64,000 nucleotides of DNA from Thermoplasmatales archaeon E-plasma (GTDB lineage: Archaea > Thermoplasmatota > Thermoplasmata > Thermoplasmatales > Thermoplasmataceae). This document shows positions 11,173 to 20,400 of this stretch, in pieces. The position numbers and the translations under genes were made by a program. Each line of letters starts with the position of its first letter. The stretch's first letter is position 1. The notes beneath the pieces are model-generated. The model was not told the origin of the DNA. It saw nothing but the letters and a program-made list of their open reading frames with translations, and searched no databases. The stretch covers positions 612,030 through 676,029 of the forward strand of contig KI542675.1 of the NCBI GenBank assembly GCA_000496135.1. The letters run 5' to 3'.

Positions 11173-11612
11173 CTTATCAACCTCTTTTTAATCTCATTCA
11201 ATTTGTTCTCGATCTTTTGTATTTCTTCTTCAATGCCTTCAAAAGGCTTATCTGAATCAAGTATGAACATTAACTCAGAATGAATATTTTCAAGAACGGA
11301 TTTAACGTCATCAGGATTGGTTTGATTGTAAAAATGCCTGACTCTTTGAAAATGCTTCTCGACTATCTTTCTTCCATCATCAGTGATAATATACCTGTTA
11401 TCGTCATTTCGGACAACTAATTTATCTTCCTCCAACTTGGATAACAGGGGGTAAATTGAACCAGGACTTGGTTTCCACCACCCCATGGAATTCGATTCGA
11501 TTTCCTTTATTATCTCCGAACCATTAAGCTGCTTCTGGGTTAAGAGATTCAATACCCAGAATCTCAGTAATCCATGCTTCCTTCCAGTTGAAAAAGTTGA
11601 AATATCGTCCAA
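11169..11612 (-). CDS. PadR family transcriptional regulator
   Basis: 147 aa; ...GSEIIKEIE...WKPSPGSIYPLLSKLEEDKLV... PadR wHTH; 4-nt overlap with the ABC ATPase gene. Confidence 0.8.
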   Translation of the reverse strand: MDDISTFSTGRKHGLLRFWVLNLLTQKQLNGSEIIKEIESNSMGWWKPSPGSIYPLLSKLEEDKLVVRNDDNRYIITDDGRKIVEKHFQRVRHFYNQTNPDDVKSVLENIHSELMFILDSDKPFEGIEEEIQKIENKLNEIKKRLIR

Positions 11613-11907
11613 TTATATCGCATTTTGATATTTTAGGAAAATATTTAATCGTATCGAATTTCGATATACTTATTTGAAAATCAAAAGTTTTACATGTTGA
11701 AATTATCAATCTCACTTTTTATCCCATGCGATCATGTTATCAGATAGTAAGAATAAGTGCCAAATTACAGGCAGAATTACAGGAACATCTCTAACATTTG
11801 AAGCGCCGTAAACATTGTCCAGTTAAAGTTTATTCGTTATCGTACATGGAAATATTTAATAACCATTTAAATAATATCAGACATTGTCATACAGAGGATA
11901 AAATGAT

Positions 11908-12615
11908 ATGAAAATATCTAAAATTATATCTTACAGCGCCTTTGCAATAATTGCATCTTTCCTCATAATATCATCTTCATCCATTTATCTGAGTGCTACT
12001 GAAACCGCTAGCTCCGTTACTGGAGAGATTAAATACGTTAATATCGGTGCACCACAACCTTACGTAGGTTTCTGTCTCATGGGTAGCGCAAAAGGTGTCA
12101 TACCATCGTCTATTTCCATAATGAACCAGACAATTACTCTTAATCCAGGTGAAAACCTCTCTAAATTGTTACATTTGCCAATAAATATTAGCAGTATGAC
12201 CAAAAAAGGGTTTCCCCTGTCAGCAATTCCTCTCTTTGTTTCTGATGCTGTAAATGGTGCATTATTTCTTATGAATTTTACTGCATATAAAGGAGGTTTT
12301 CCCCTTGATATCCCGGCGGTTTTCTCAAATAATAGCACACCTTACATAAAGACAACTAATCAATCATCCGGGGCAGCCCTTCTGTCAATTGGCTTGCGGG
12401 TGCTTATTCCCTTATTCTTTAAGGCATCAGAAATGTTGATATATGATGGTCCAAACCTTATTGGCAACATTAGTCTAAACAATTATTCAGGGGTGTTCAA
12501 TCAGGGAAATTTAGATCTTTCAGGTATTATCCATATACCTACGGGACAATCGCCATCAGCTGTGTTGAAAGATCTGGTGTTCTCACTGGATGGTCTTAAG
12601 TGGTCTTCCTCATAA
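11908..12615 (+). CDS. secreted/membrane-anchored protein, function unknown
   Basis: 235 aa; N-terminal hydrophobic segment; 9 N-x-S/T sequons counted by eye. Confidence 0.5.
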   Translation: MKISKIISYSAFAIIASFLIISSSSIYLSATETASSVTGEIKYVNIGAPQPYVGFCLMGSAKGVIPSSISIMNQTITLNPGENLSKLLHLPINISSMTKKGFPLSAIPLFVSDAVNGALFLMNFTAYKGGFPLDIPAVFSNNSTPYIKTTNQSSGAALLSIGLRVLIPLFFKASEMLIYDGPNLIGNISLNNYSGVFNQGNLDLSGIIHIPTGQSPSAVLKDLVFSLDGLKWSSS

Positions 12616-13212
12616 ATTTTTTATGCAATCTATCAGATCACTTAGATCTTTTATGAGAAAATCATATAATGTTATGTTAGTCTTTCTACCGTGGGTTATA
12701 AGAATTGCAGGAATTCCCAGGGTTTTTGCAGGAATCATATCATTTATGGAATCTCCCACTGCTACCATGTTCTTTATGTTTACTTTCAAAATCCCTGCTG
12801 CTTCCACATAAGCTTCAATATCTGGTTTGCCGGAAACAACGTCATCAATAGTAACAACCTGTATATTGCCGAGATTGAGCCTTCTGACCAATTCTCTCCG
12901 GGATGAAGTTACTATAATAGTTTTGATTCCCATTGATTTGAGTCTGGCAACAGTTTCTTCATAATCTTCATAAAGGGAGATTTGAGGAAGCATTTTCACA
13001 AAGTATTCTTCTTCAAGTTTCTCTGTGAGTTCAGGATTATTGGAAAATTTTCCCGCCAAATCCATTCCCGGTAATCCTATGAGGGATTCTATATCGGATT
13101 CCTGCAGGAATATCTCCTGATCCTCAAAGGCCATTTTCCAGGCATGAACCCTCTGCCTGAACGAGTTTAGTATTGTCCCGTCCAGATCGAAGATAACTCC
13201 ATTTACTATCAT
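12610..13212 (-). CDS. HAD-superfamily hydrolase
   Basis: 200 aa; motif I FDLDGT, motif IV GDSINDM. Confidence 0.8.
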   Translation of the reverse strand: MIVNGVIFDLDGTILNSFRQRVHAWKMAFEDQEIFLQESDIESLIGLPGMDLAGKFSNNPELTEKLEEEYFVKMLPQISLYEDYEETVARLKSMGIKTIIVTSSRRELVRRLNLGNIQVVTIDDVVSGKPDIEAYVEAAGILKVNIKNMVAVGDSINDMIPAKTLGIPAILITHGRKTNITLYDFLIKDLSDLIDCIKNL

Positions 13213-13218
13213 CTGAGC

Positions 13219-13947
13219 TCAGTAAGGAGACCTACCAATTATACGTTTTGAAGTTATCTCAGGAAACATTTTCTTTGAACATACGCTGCATGATTCACGT
13301 CTGCTGGTTTGTATTTTCGTTATGCTGTAATCATTCATGTTAACGAAATATATGCAATCTTCCAGGCTTGCATATTCATAGTAATTTGAAAAAAGGGAAA
13401 CTGCCATTATGGAACCCAGGGATGGTATATAGAAATCTACATTATCATAGGAGCAGTTTATTGGAATTAAATTCTGTTTTTCAGCGAGGCAGTTTAAGCA
13501 TGCTGTTTTTCCCGGAACAATCAGCTTAAATTCCAGGAATTTTTCCATACTGGATGTCATTATCCATGGAATATTCATTTTGACTGATATTTCATTTAAC
13601 AGGTTTCTTGTCTGAATGGAATCTGTGCAGTCTATGATCAAATCAGTACCACTCAGAATCCTTTCATAATTTACAGAATCAAGAAATTCCGGGAAAGCGA
13701 ATATTTCTTTGAAGATCCTCTGGCTTTTAATAATATCTTTCATAACTTCTGCTTTGTTTAATCCAATGTGCTGAGTTCCAAAGAGAGCCTGTCTTTCCAG
13801 ATTACTCCTTTCTACACTATCCCCGTCAACTATTCTTATCTCTTTTATTCCGTGCCTTGACAGGAGAAGAGATACAAGGCTGGAATTACCGCCCGCACCA
13901 ATAATAGAAACTGATATTTGTGGCTTTACGGATATCCTTCCAGTCAT
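13219..13947 (-). CDS. ThiF/MoeB/HesA-family E1-like adenylyltransferase
   Basis: 242 aa; IIGAGGNSS nucleotide loop, D..VERSNLERQ motif, CLNC...CSVC zinc-type cysteine pairs. Confidence 0.75.
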   Translation of the reverse strand: MTGRISVKPQISVSIIGAGGNSSLVSLLLSRHGIKEIRIVDGDSVERSNLERQALFGTQHIGLNKAEVMKDIIKSQRIFKEIFAFPEFLDSVNYERILSGTDLIIDCTDSIQTRNLLNEISVKMNIPWIMTSSMEKFLEFKLIVPGKTACLNCLAEKQNLIPINCSYDNVDFYIPSLGSIMAVSLFSNYYEYASLEDCIYFVNMNDYSITKIQTSRRESCSVCSKKMFPEITSKRIIGRSPY

Positions 13948-14087
13948 GGAAGGATATTGTAAATTAAAATAATATGGTTACTGGCCCTGATAAAAAACTG
14001 TAAACTTTAATTTTCAGGGGGATTCTATAAACGGCAACTCTGATTCGTGTTGAAGAAAAATAAATATGAGACTGACATCATATATTC

Positions 14088-15101
14088 ATGAAAGCCGCTT
14101 TTCTGAAAGAAATTGGAAAGGATCTGGTAATAGAAAATTTTACTGTCGGGGAACCGGAATCAGATCAGGTGACAATTGAACAGGATATTACAGGGATTTG
14201 CTATCGGGATATTCTGGAAAAGGAAGGATTTTTTCCAAGAATGAAACCACCAATAATACCGGGTCATGAAATATCCGGAATAATCAGAAAAGTAGGGGCA
14301 GGCGTAAAAGAGTTTAAGGCAGGAGAAAGAGTATCAAGTCTCATTTACGAACCATGTGGTTTCTGTGAACAATGTGTGTCAGGCAGAGAAAATCTTTGCC
14401 CAAGAAAGAAGACATATGGCGAAAACATAAACGGTTCATACACAAAATTTGTTAACGTCTCTCAGAGAAGCCTGGTCAGGGTTCCGGAAGGTGTCTCAAA
14501 GGAACTCGCGTCTATAGCTGCCTGCGTCACTGGTATGGTTTATCATGCACTTGACTCAGTAGGAGAAGGAGGGTATGGTACCCGTGTGGTTATAACCGGA
14601 GCAGGAGGAGGGGTTGGCTCACATGCAATCCAGGTGGCTAAAGCCATTGGGGCAGAGGTAATTGCTGCAACCAGTTCAAAATGGAAGGAGGAAACGCTCT
14701 ACAGGCTCGGGGCAGATTTCGTTATCAGTTCTTCAGAAGGGTTCGACAGGGAAGTAAAAAAAATATGGCCGGAAGGCTCTCAAATTGTACTGGAAAATAC
14801 TGGAAATGCGACTTTTACATCATCATTGAGGTCTCTTAGCTTCGGTGGTCGTGTAGTGGTAATAGGAAATTTGGAACCCAATCCTGTTTCACTACCTCTG
14901 GGTATGATTATCCTAAAGGGAAACCGGGTCGAAGGTACGATCAGTTCAACAAGAAATGATCTTAAAAAGGCACTCGATCTTTCAAAGAAAGGTCTCGTCA
15001 AAGAAGTAAAGCACGATGAACGGATTCTGGAAAATGTCAATGAGGCATTTGCAGATATAAAACAGAGAAAAAATATAGGGAGAATAATGTTAAAACTCTG
15101 A
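14088..15101 (+). CDS. zinc-dependent alcohol dehydrogenase (MDR family)
   Basis: 337 aa; GHEISG, structural-zinc CGFCEQCVSGRENLC, GAGGGVGS Rossmann loop. Confidence 0.85.
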   Translation: MKAAFLKEIGKDLVIENFTVGEPESDQVTIEQDITGICYRDILEKEGFFPRMKPPIIPGHEISGIIRKVGAGVKEFKAGERVSSLIYEPCGFCEQCVSGRENLCPRKKTYGENINGSYTKFVNVSQRSLVRVPEGVSKELASIAACVTGMVYHALDSVGEGGYGTRVVITGAGGGVGSHAIQVAKAIGAEVIAATSSKWKEETLYRLGADFVISSSEGFDREVKKIWPEGSQIVLENTGNATFTSSLRSLSFGGRVVVIGNLEPNPVSLPLGMIILKGNRVEGTISSTRNDLKKALDLSKKGLVKEVKHDERILENVNEAFADIKQRKNIGRIMLKL

Positions 15102-15184
15102 CTTTCTATTTCGAAATAATCACACCCCGTCTGGACAGTGCAAAGGTTAATATCCTCATATAAATCACGTTTTAGCTGATAGAA

Positions 15185-15343
15185 ATGCAGGAATTAATTT
15201 GCAATATAGAATTTTCAAAAGAAGACAGCGAATTTATAGCAAAATTGAGAACTGAGATGGGAGGCCTGCGTGAATATAGTGGTTCAACCTTTGATGAGGT
15301 AATGAATCAGATAATGTTGGAACTGGAAGAAGAATTTTCATAA
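15185..15343 (+). CDS. small protein, HicB-like/UPF0150 fold candidate
   Basis: 52-aa ORF below the track cutoff: MQELICNIEFSKEDSEFIAKLRTEMGGLREYSGSTFDEVMNQIMLELEEEFS. The pattern resembles HicB-type antitoxin N-domains. Confidence 0.3.
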   Translation: MQELICNIEFSKEDSEFIAKLRTEMGGLREYSGSTFDEVMNQIMLELEEEFS

Positions 15344-15375
15344 AGAGTTTGTACCAAAAATAACATATTAATCTG

Positions 15376-16551
15376 TTGGATTATAATTTATTGAAATATC
15401 CACCATTAATTAGTATAATTGTGGTAATTTGTATGGTTTCCGTATCAGGAAACGCTTCATTTGGGGCATCTCCAGCAAAAGCTCCCAGTTTGGCTTTTTA
15501 TGACAGGCCGGGACTGGTAGTAAATATGGATGGTAATTCAATCAATATTACCATACCCTATGTTTATCTGCTAGAAAGTGGAATCCCATTCATAGGACTA
15601 TGGAACCAATCCAGCTGGAAAATGACTGAAAACGGGAAACTTAACAGAACTTATTCTTCATCAGTAGAATTTACCCCGCGCATCGATCTTATTTTGACAG
15701 AACTTAAGCTGATGTACACAAATGACGGAGGGTTCCCGAAAGGTTTGAACTCAACAATTCTTATAGGAACAAATATTTCATTCAACCAGCCCCTCTATAA
15801 TATAATTATGGAATACAATATTTATCTGCAAAATTTACTGGTGAACCTCTCTTCAAACTTAAGCAATCCGATTCTTCAAAATCTCAGTGGTCTATTCAAC
15901 GCACACAACCATAATATATATCAAATTCTCCAGAAATTGAGTTTTAATGGACTTATCTACGCTAATATAACACAAACTAATTCTGATTTTTCCACTGGCA
16001 CTGGAATATCCTCTTCCGGTACTGAAATCCAGATAAATTCCACAGATTCATTAAAAGTAAGTTTCACTATCAATTTTGCAACACAGACCGAGGGAAATTC
16101 AACGCTCTTCATGTTTCAGAGAAGTTTTATTCACGGGGGTTATGGTGAAAGGAATATTGAACGTGATGATAAATCGGTCGATAGGGGAAGCAAAATAATG
16201 ACCGGTTACGGGGTGAACCTTTCCAGCGATTTCCCGGTTCTTTATCTGTGGGGAAGTCAGTTTACCGCCAACAGTAACAATTACAATTTGTCATCTTACC
16301 TCTCGGCGAACGGAAAAAACGTTGATACAGTTTATTCTTTCGCTCTACCAAACGGAACCAGAACATTCTATGAGGATCCATATCTTGTTTTTCCAGATGG
16401 TAACGTTGAGAGCGATCTTACAGTAACAAACATTGGTGCCACTGCAATAAACCTGATCCTGAACAATTTCAAATACTTCGCCGGGGGAATATTTATGGGG
16501 CTTCTCTTCATCGGGGGAGGCTACAGTTACTACAGAAGCAAAAGAAAGTAG
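15376..16551 (+). CDS. surface (glyco)protein candidate with C-terminal membrane anchor
   Basis: 391 aa; N-terminal signal-like segment, C-terminal TM followed by RSKRK; 15 N-x-S/T sequons counted by eye. Confidence 0.5.
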   Translation: MDYNLLKYPPLISIIVVICMVSVSGNASFGASPAKAPSLAFYDRPGLVVNMDGNSINITIPYVYLLESGIPFIGLWNQSSWKMTENGKLNRTYSSSVEFTPRIDLILTELKLMYTNDGGFPKGLNSTILIGTNISFNQPLYNIIMEYNIYLQNLLVNLSSNLSNPILQNLSGLFNAHNHNIYQILQKLSFNGLIYANITQTNSDFSTGTGISSSGTEIQINSTDSLKVSFTINFATQTEGNSTLFMFQRSFIHGGYGERNIERDDKSVDRGSKIMTGYGVNLSSDFPVLYLWGSQFTANSNNYNLSSYLSANGKNVDTVYSFALPNGTRTFYEDPYLVFPDGNVESDLTVTNIGATAINLILNNFKYFAGGIFMGLLFIGGGYSYYRSKRK

Positions 16552-16576
16552 TACGGGGAAATAACTGTTTTATCTA

Positions 16577-17077
16577 CTACTCAGAGTCAAGGAAATCAAT
16601 AAGGCTTTCAGCCAGTTCATTCAGGAATGATGTTTTCACCTTTTTAATTGCATTTTTTACTAAATCTGGCTCTACTATATATATCTCAGAACCTTCGAAT
16701 TTCAGAATCATATCGTCCATAAGGGCGTTTGCTGTCATATCAAATTCTTTCTGATTAAGTCTGGTCTTCTTACGAAGTTGTTCCGCTTCTTCATGGGATG
16801 ATCGCAGAAGTCTGAATATAATGTCCCGGGATTTCTTATTTCTCATGTGATATGCTATTTTCTTTTCAAGTGCAGAGGTGCTTTCAGAAACAAAATATCT
16901 CTTGTACCTTCCATCTCTTTTTGATGAAATCTTTCCATTCTTTTCAAGCTGATATAAATGATACTCAAGCTGACCAACGGCCATTTCCGTCTCACGCTGA
17001 ATTGCTCTGAAATGTAATCCAGGGTTTCTGGATAACAGGGCGATTAGTTTTTCCCGCTGGTCTTCTTTATTATCCAC
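16577..17077 (-). CDS. winged-helix (ArsR/TrmB-like) transcriptional regulator
   Basis: 166 aa; ...NPGLHFRAIQRETEMAVGQLEYHLYQLEKNGKI... wHTH. Confidence 0.6.
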   Translation of the reverse strand: MDNKEDQREKLIALLSRNPGLHFRAIQRETEMAVGQLEYHLYQLEKNGKISSKRDGRYKRYFVSESTSALEKKIAYHMRNKKSRDIIFRLLRSSHEEAEQLRKKTRLNQKEFDMTANALMDDMILKFEGSEIYIVEPDLVKNAIKKVKTSFLNELAESLIDFLDSE

Positions 17078-17085
17078 AGAAATCC

Positions 17086-17352
17086 TCAGTTTGCTTTCAA
17101 TACCCCTATATAAAACAAAATCATGACAAGGAGAAGTGCTATTTCCGGTGTGATCATGGAACCAAGATAATCAGGGCCGATGTTAAATGCAGGCAATACG
17201 GATAGTAAGGTTGAAACAAAAATTATGAAAAAAGAGAGCAGCATGTATTTGAATATCCTGACACCTTTTTTAACGGCCAGAGACGAAACTAAAATAAGGA
17301 ATAATGATAGAACGAGATTTATTCCCTCTATGAGAAAAAGATCATATGACAT
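17086..17352 (-). CDS. small membrane protein
   Basis: 88 aa, three hydrophobic segments; 9 nt upstream of the wHTH gene on the same strand. Confidence 0.4.
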   Translation of the reverse strand: MSYDLFLIEGINLVLSLFLILVSSLAVKKGVRIFKYMLLSFFIIFVSTLLSVLPAFNIGPDYLGSMITPEIALLLVMILFYIGVLKAN

Positions 17353-17429
17353 ATTGATAGATTAATCAAGGGCAAATAATAGTTTTCCTCATTTAATTTG
17401 ATTCTCAATATAAAAAATGGAAAAATAAG

Positions 17430-20400
17430 CTAAAATTCTGTGGAATATCCCAGTATGCTCAGTTCCCTCTTGAGTTCATCCTTTTTAATGTCGTTGCCTA
17501 TGACGCTCTTGATTTCATATTTCCTTCCAACCTTCCTGAACACCACTGAACCGGACAAATGCATATTTTTCTCTATTAGAAATGTCTTTGTCCCTCCAAG
17601 GTTTGCCTTAATGTAGTCTCTGAAACACAGGTAAAGAAAATCTTTCTGTGAAATTATCCTTATTCTTTCTGAGCCATTGGTTTTACCCTCCCCTGGTGAA
17701 TCTAAAAAGTAATAGGGTTCTCTATTGTCTTTCATGAAAACCTTCTTCAATTTTCCTGATGCCAGCATCTGCTGGATTTCAACATTGTAGATATTCAGAT
17801 CAGGGTCATGTGTCACATCTTCATAAATTGCAGTGGAGATATAACCAAGTGCTTTTAGCACTTCTAATATTATAATTCGAACACTTTCCTCTTTCTCATA
17901 CCTCTCCAGAATAAATCGCAAATTTCCATCATGATCTCTGGCTACAATGCATTTTGAAAGAAGTTCCTTTACAGATGCTTTTACATGCGAAATTTCGACC
18001 CCTGTCAACAGGCTAATTTCCTTCTCATCTGCAGGATCTTCCATTATTACCTTTAGGATTTTCTGTATTGCTGGATCAATTGGGGCTTTTCTGATTGTTC
18101 TATAGATAGAAATAGTTTCTGGTGTAGCCTTCGCCATAACAGAAAATGGACCGTTAAAATTGAAGATCAGGTTAGATACATAATAACTTTCCAGGTCATT
18201 TTCCTTTACTCCATGATAATGTGCTTCTATGGGATCTCTGAATCCCAGGCGTCTGTTGTTAATTCTCTCGAGAACGCTTCCATTAACTTCCCTGTATGAA
18301 GAATAATTTCTCAGTGCCACATCTATAAGGTCGCTGGAAATCATATCAATGAACTGCCCCTTCCCTAAAATTGCTGTCTTTCCTGAAAAAGAGAAACCAT
18401 TCCTGGCAAATTGATCCCTCAGGTTTTCCGGATAGTCCAGTATGATTATATCATCAACATTGCTGCGATTTCCGAAATCTATTAGAGAAACTAAAAATTC
18501 AGAAGCAGAGCCGGCATCTTCTATGACAAGGGACTCAATCCACAGAGCTGTTCTGGTTATCTGCATGGTCATGGACGCAGACAGTGAACCATCAGCATAG
18601 AAAAGACCGTTTATTCCGGAATCTTCCACGTACTGTTTTCCTGTATATATGGTTATAAGATCATTTGCACCCACTATGATATCCCGCCGGGGCTGAGGAG
18701 TCTCTTCTCCATAATATATTGAACCACCGTAATAGAGAGATTTTATTCCATTGAAATCCTCATGAGTAAGCTCGATCCAGAAGAATTGCGAAAGTTCCCT
18801 CATTGATACAGGTCCAAACATTGAAACTATCTTATCTATAGCTTTCTTTCTTGTAGGTTCTTCCCCATGAGAAAGAGCGAAATAGAGACCATCACTGTTT
18901 CCCACTTCAATGAGAAATTCAAGACTCCTCATATTTTCCTTTATTATTGAAATATCTTCGCCTAAAGCAGATGCAATCCCAGAAACAGATGCCTTTCCAT
19001 ACTTGAGGAATTCTAAAATTTTGACCTCAGTTTCCGTAAGTGTTCGCCTTCTCAAAACTCTGAGCACGGAGGCAAATTCCGGGGTTATATAGGTTTGTCT
19101 GTGTCTGAAATATCTTCCGAAAATTATATTTCCAGATTCCAGCATTGACTGGATCTGATTCTCATTGAAGGACCTGGCACGGGCTCGAACCCATGAGGAA
19201 TCTATAAAAAACCCGTAATTTTTCATATATTGCTCAAGATTGTCAACAGGTGCCGAAAGGTTGGCAATTCTATTTTTTTCCGGATTTTTCTCCGTAAAAT
19301 TCAAAAGAGATGCCATATCTTCCTTTGAAATATATTGCTCTGCAAAAACTGGAGTTATATAATCTCTAAGAAAAATTCCTTCATTAACCAGAGCATCCAG
19401 TTCACTTCTTAACAGCGATTGATCGAAGGGCAGCTTTACGCTAATTTCATCATATGTCATTGGTCCCATGGTTCCAACGAATTCTTTAAGCAGATCTCTT
19501 ATGGTATAACTGCCCTTTGCAATCTGCGCTCTTTTTGCATATACCTGTCCGCCGTTCTTTAGCTTCTTCTGGATACGGTACGAAGATTCCAGATTAAGGA
19601 GGATACCTCTAACTCTGTCCTCCGGTAACCCCGATTGGTCTTTTATTTCCTTAAAGGTAGTATTATTGCATAGATCAAAAATGTCATCTTCTTCTGGATT
19701 CGAAGGTCTCCTGGAACTGAAAAGTTCCTCGAAAAGATGAAATTTCTCTGGTGTTGTCCAGAATGTGCTTCTGATGTGTATTGAAACAATCCTGTTTTCA
19801 TTAAGAGCATCTTCACTATACTTCAGAGAATCAGGATTTCCGTAAGGGTAGGGTGAATTGAATCTGTTCCTCAATATGTCAAAATAAGGAAAATAATTTA
19901 TAAATTTAAGAAAGTCTTCATAACTTGATATTTTTGGAACCTTTGAAGCAAAATAGTTTTCAACAAGTCTGGGGTCTTTAATAATAAAATCTTTTCTTTC
20001 ATTACTGTAGATTTTGTCCACGATTCTTGATTGTAATTCCCGGAGCAATCTTGCCCGGTCCTCCATCATAACGATGTCTGATACTCCTGCAAGGATGAGA
20101 GATAGTGAGAAAGGACTTGATTCACTTGAATAATCATTTATACGGTACCTGCTTTTTTCTATAACATCAGAAACATACTTCTTTGCCAGCGGTACATCCA
20201 TCATATCGTTCATAATCTCTCTAAATGTTTCTGTAATAACAGGAAACCCGGGAATATCCTGGAGAGCGCGTAATACCTTTTCACTTCTCAGTTGCTGCCT
20301 GACAACGGATATTTCATGACCTTTATAACGCCTTAAAACCATCATGGATCTCGATGCGCAATGCCTGAATCTCTGTTTGAAAACTTCAGTATTGGAAACC

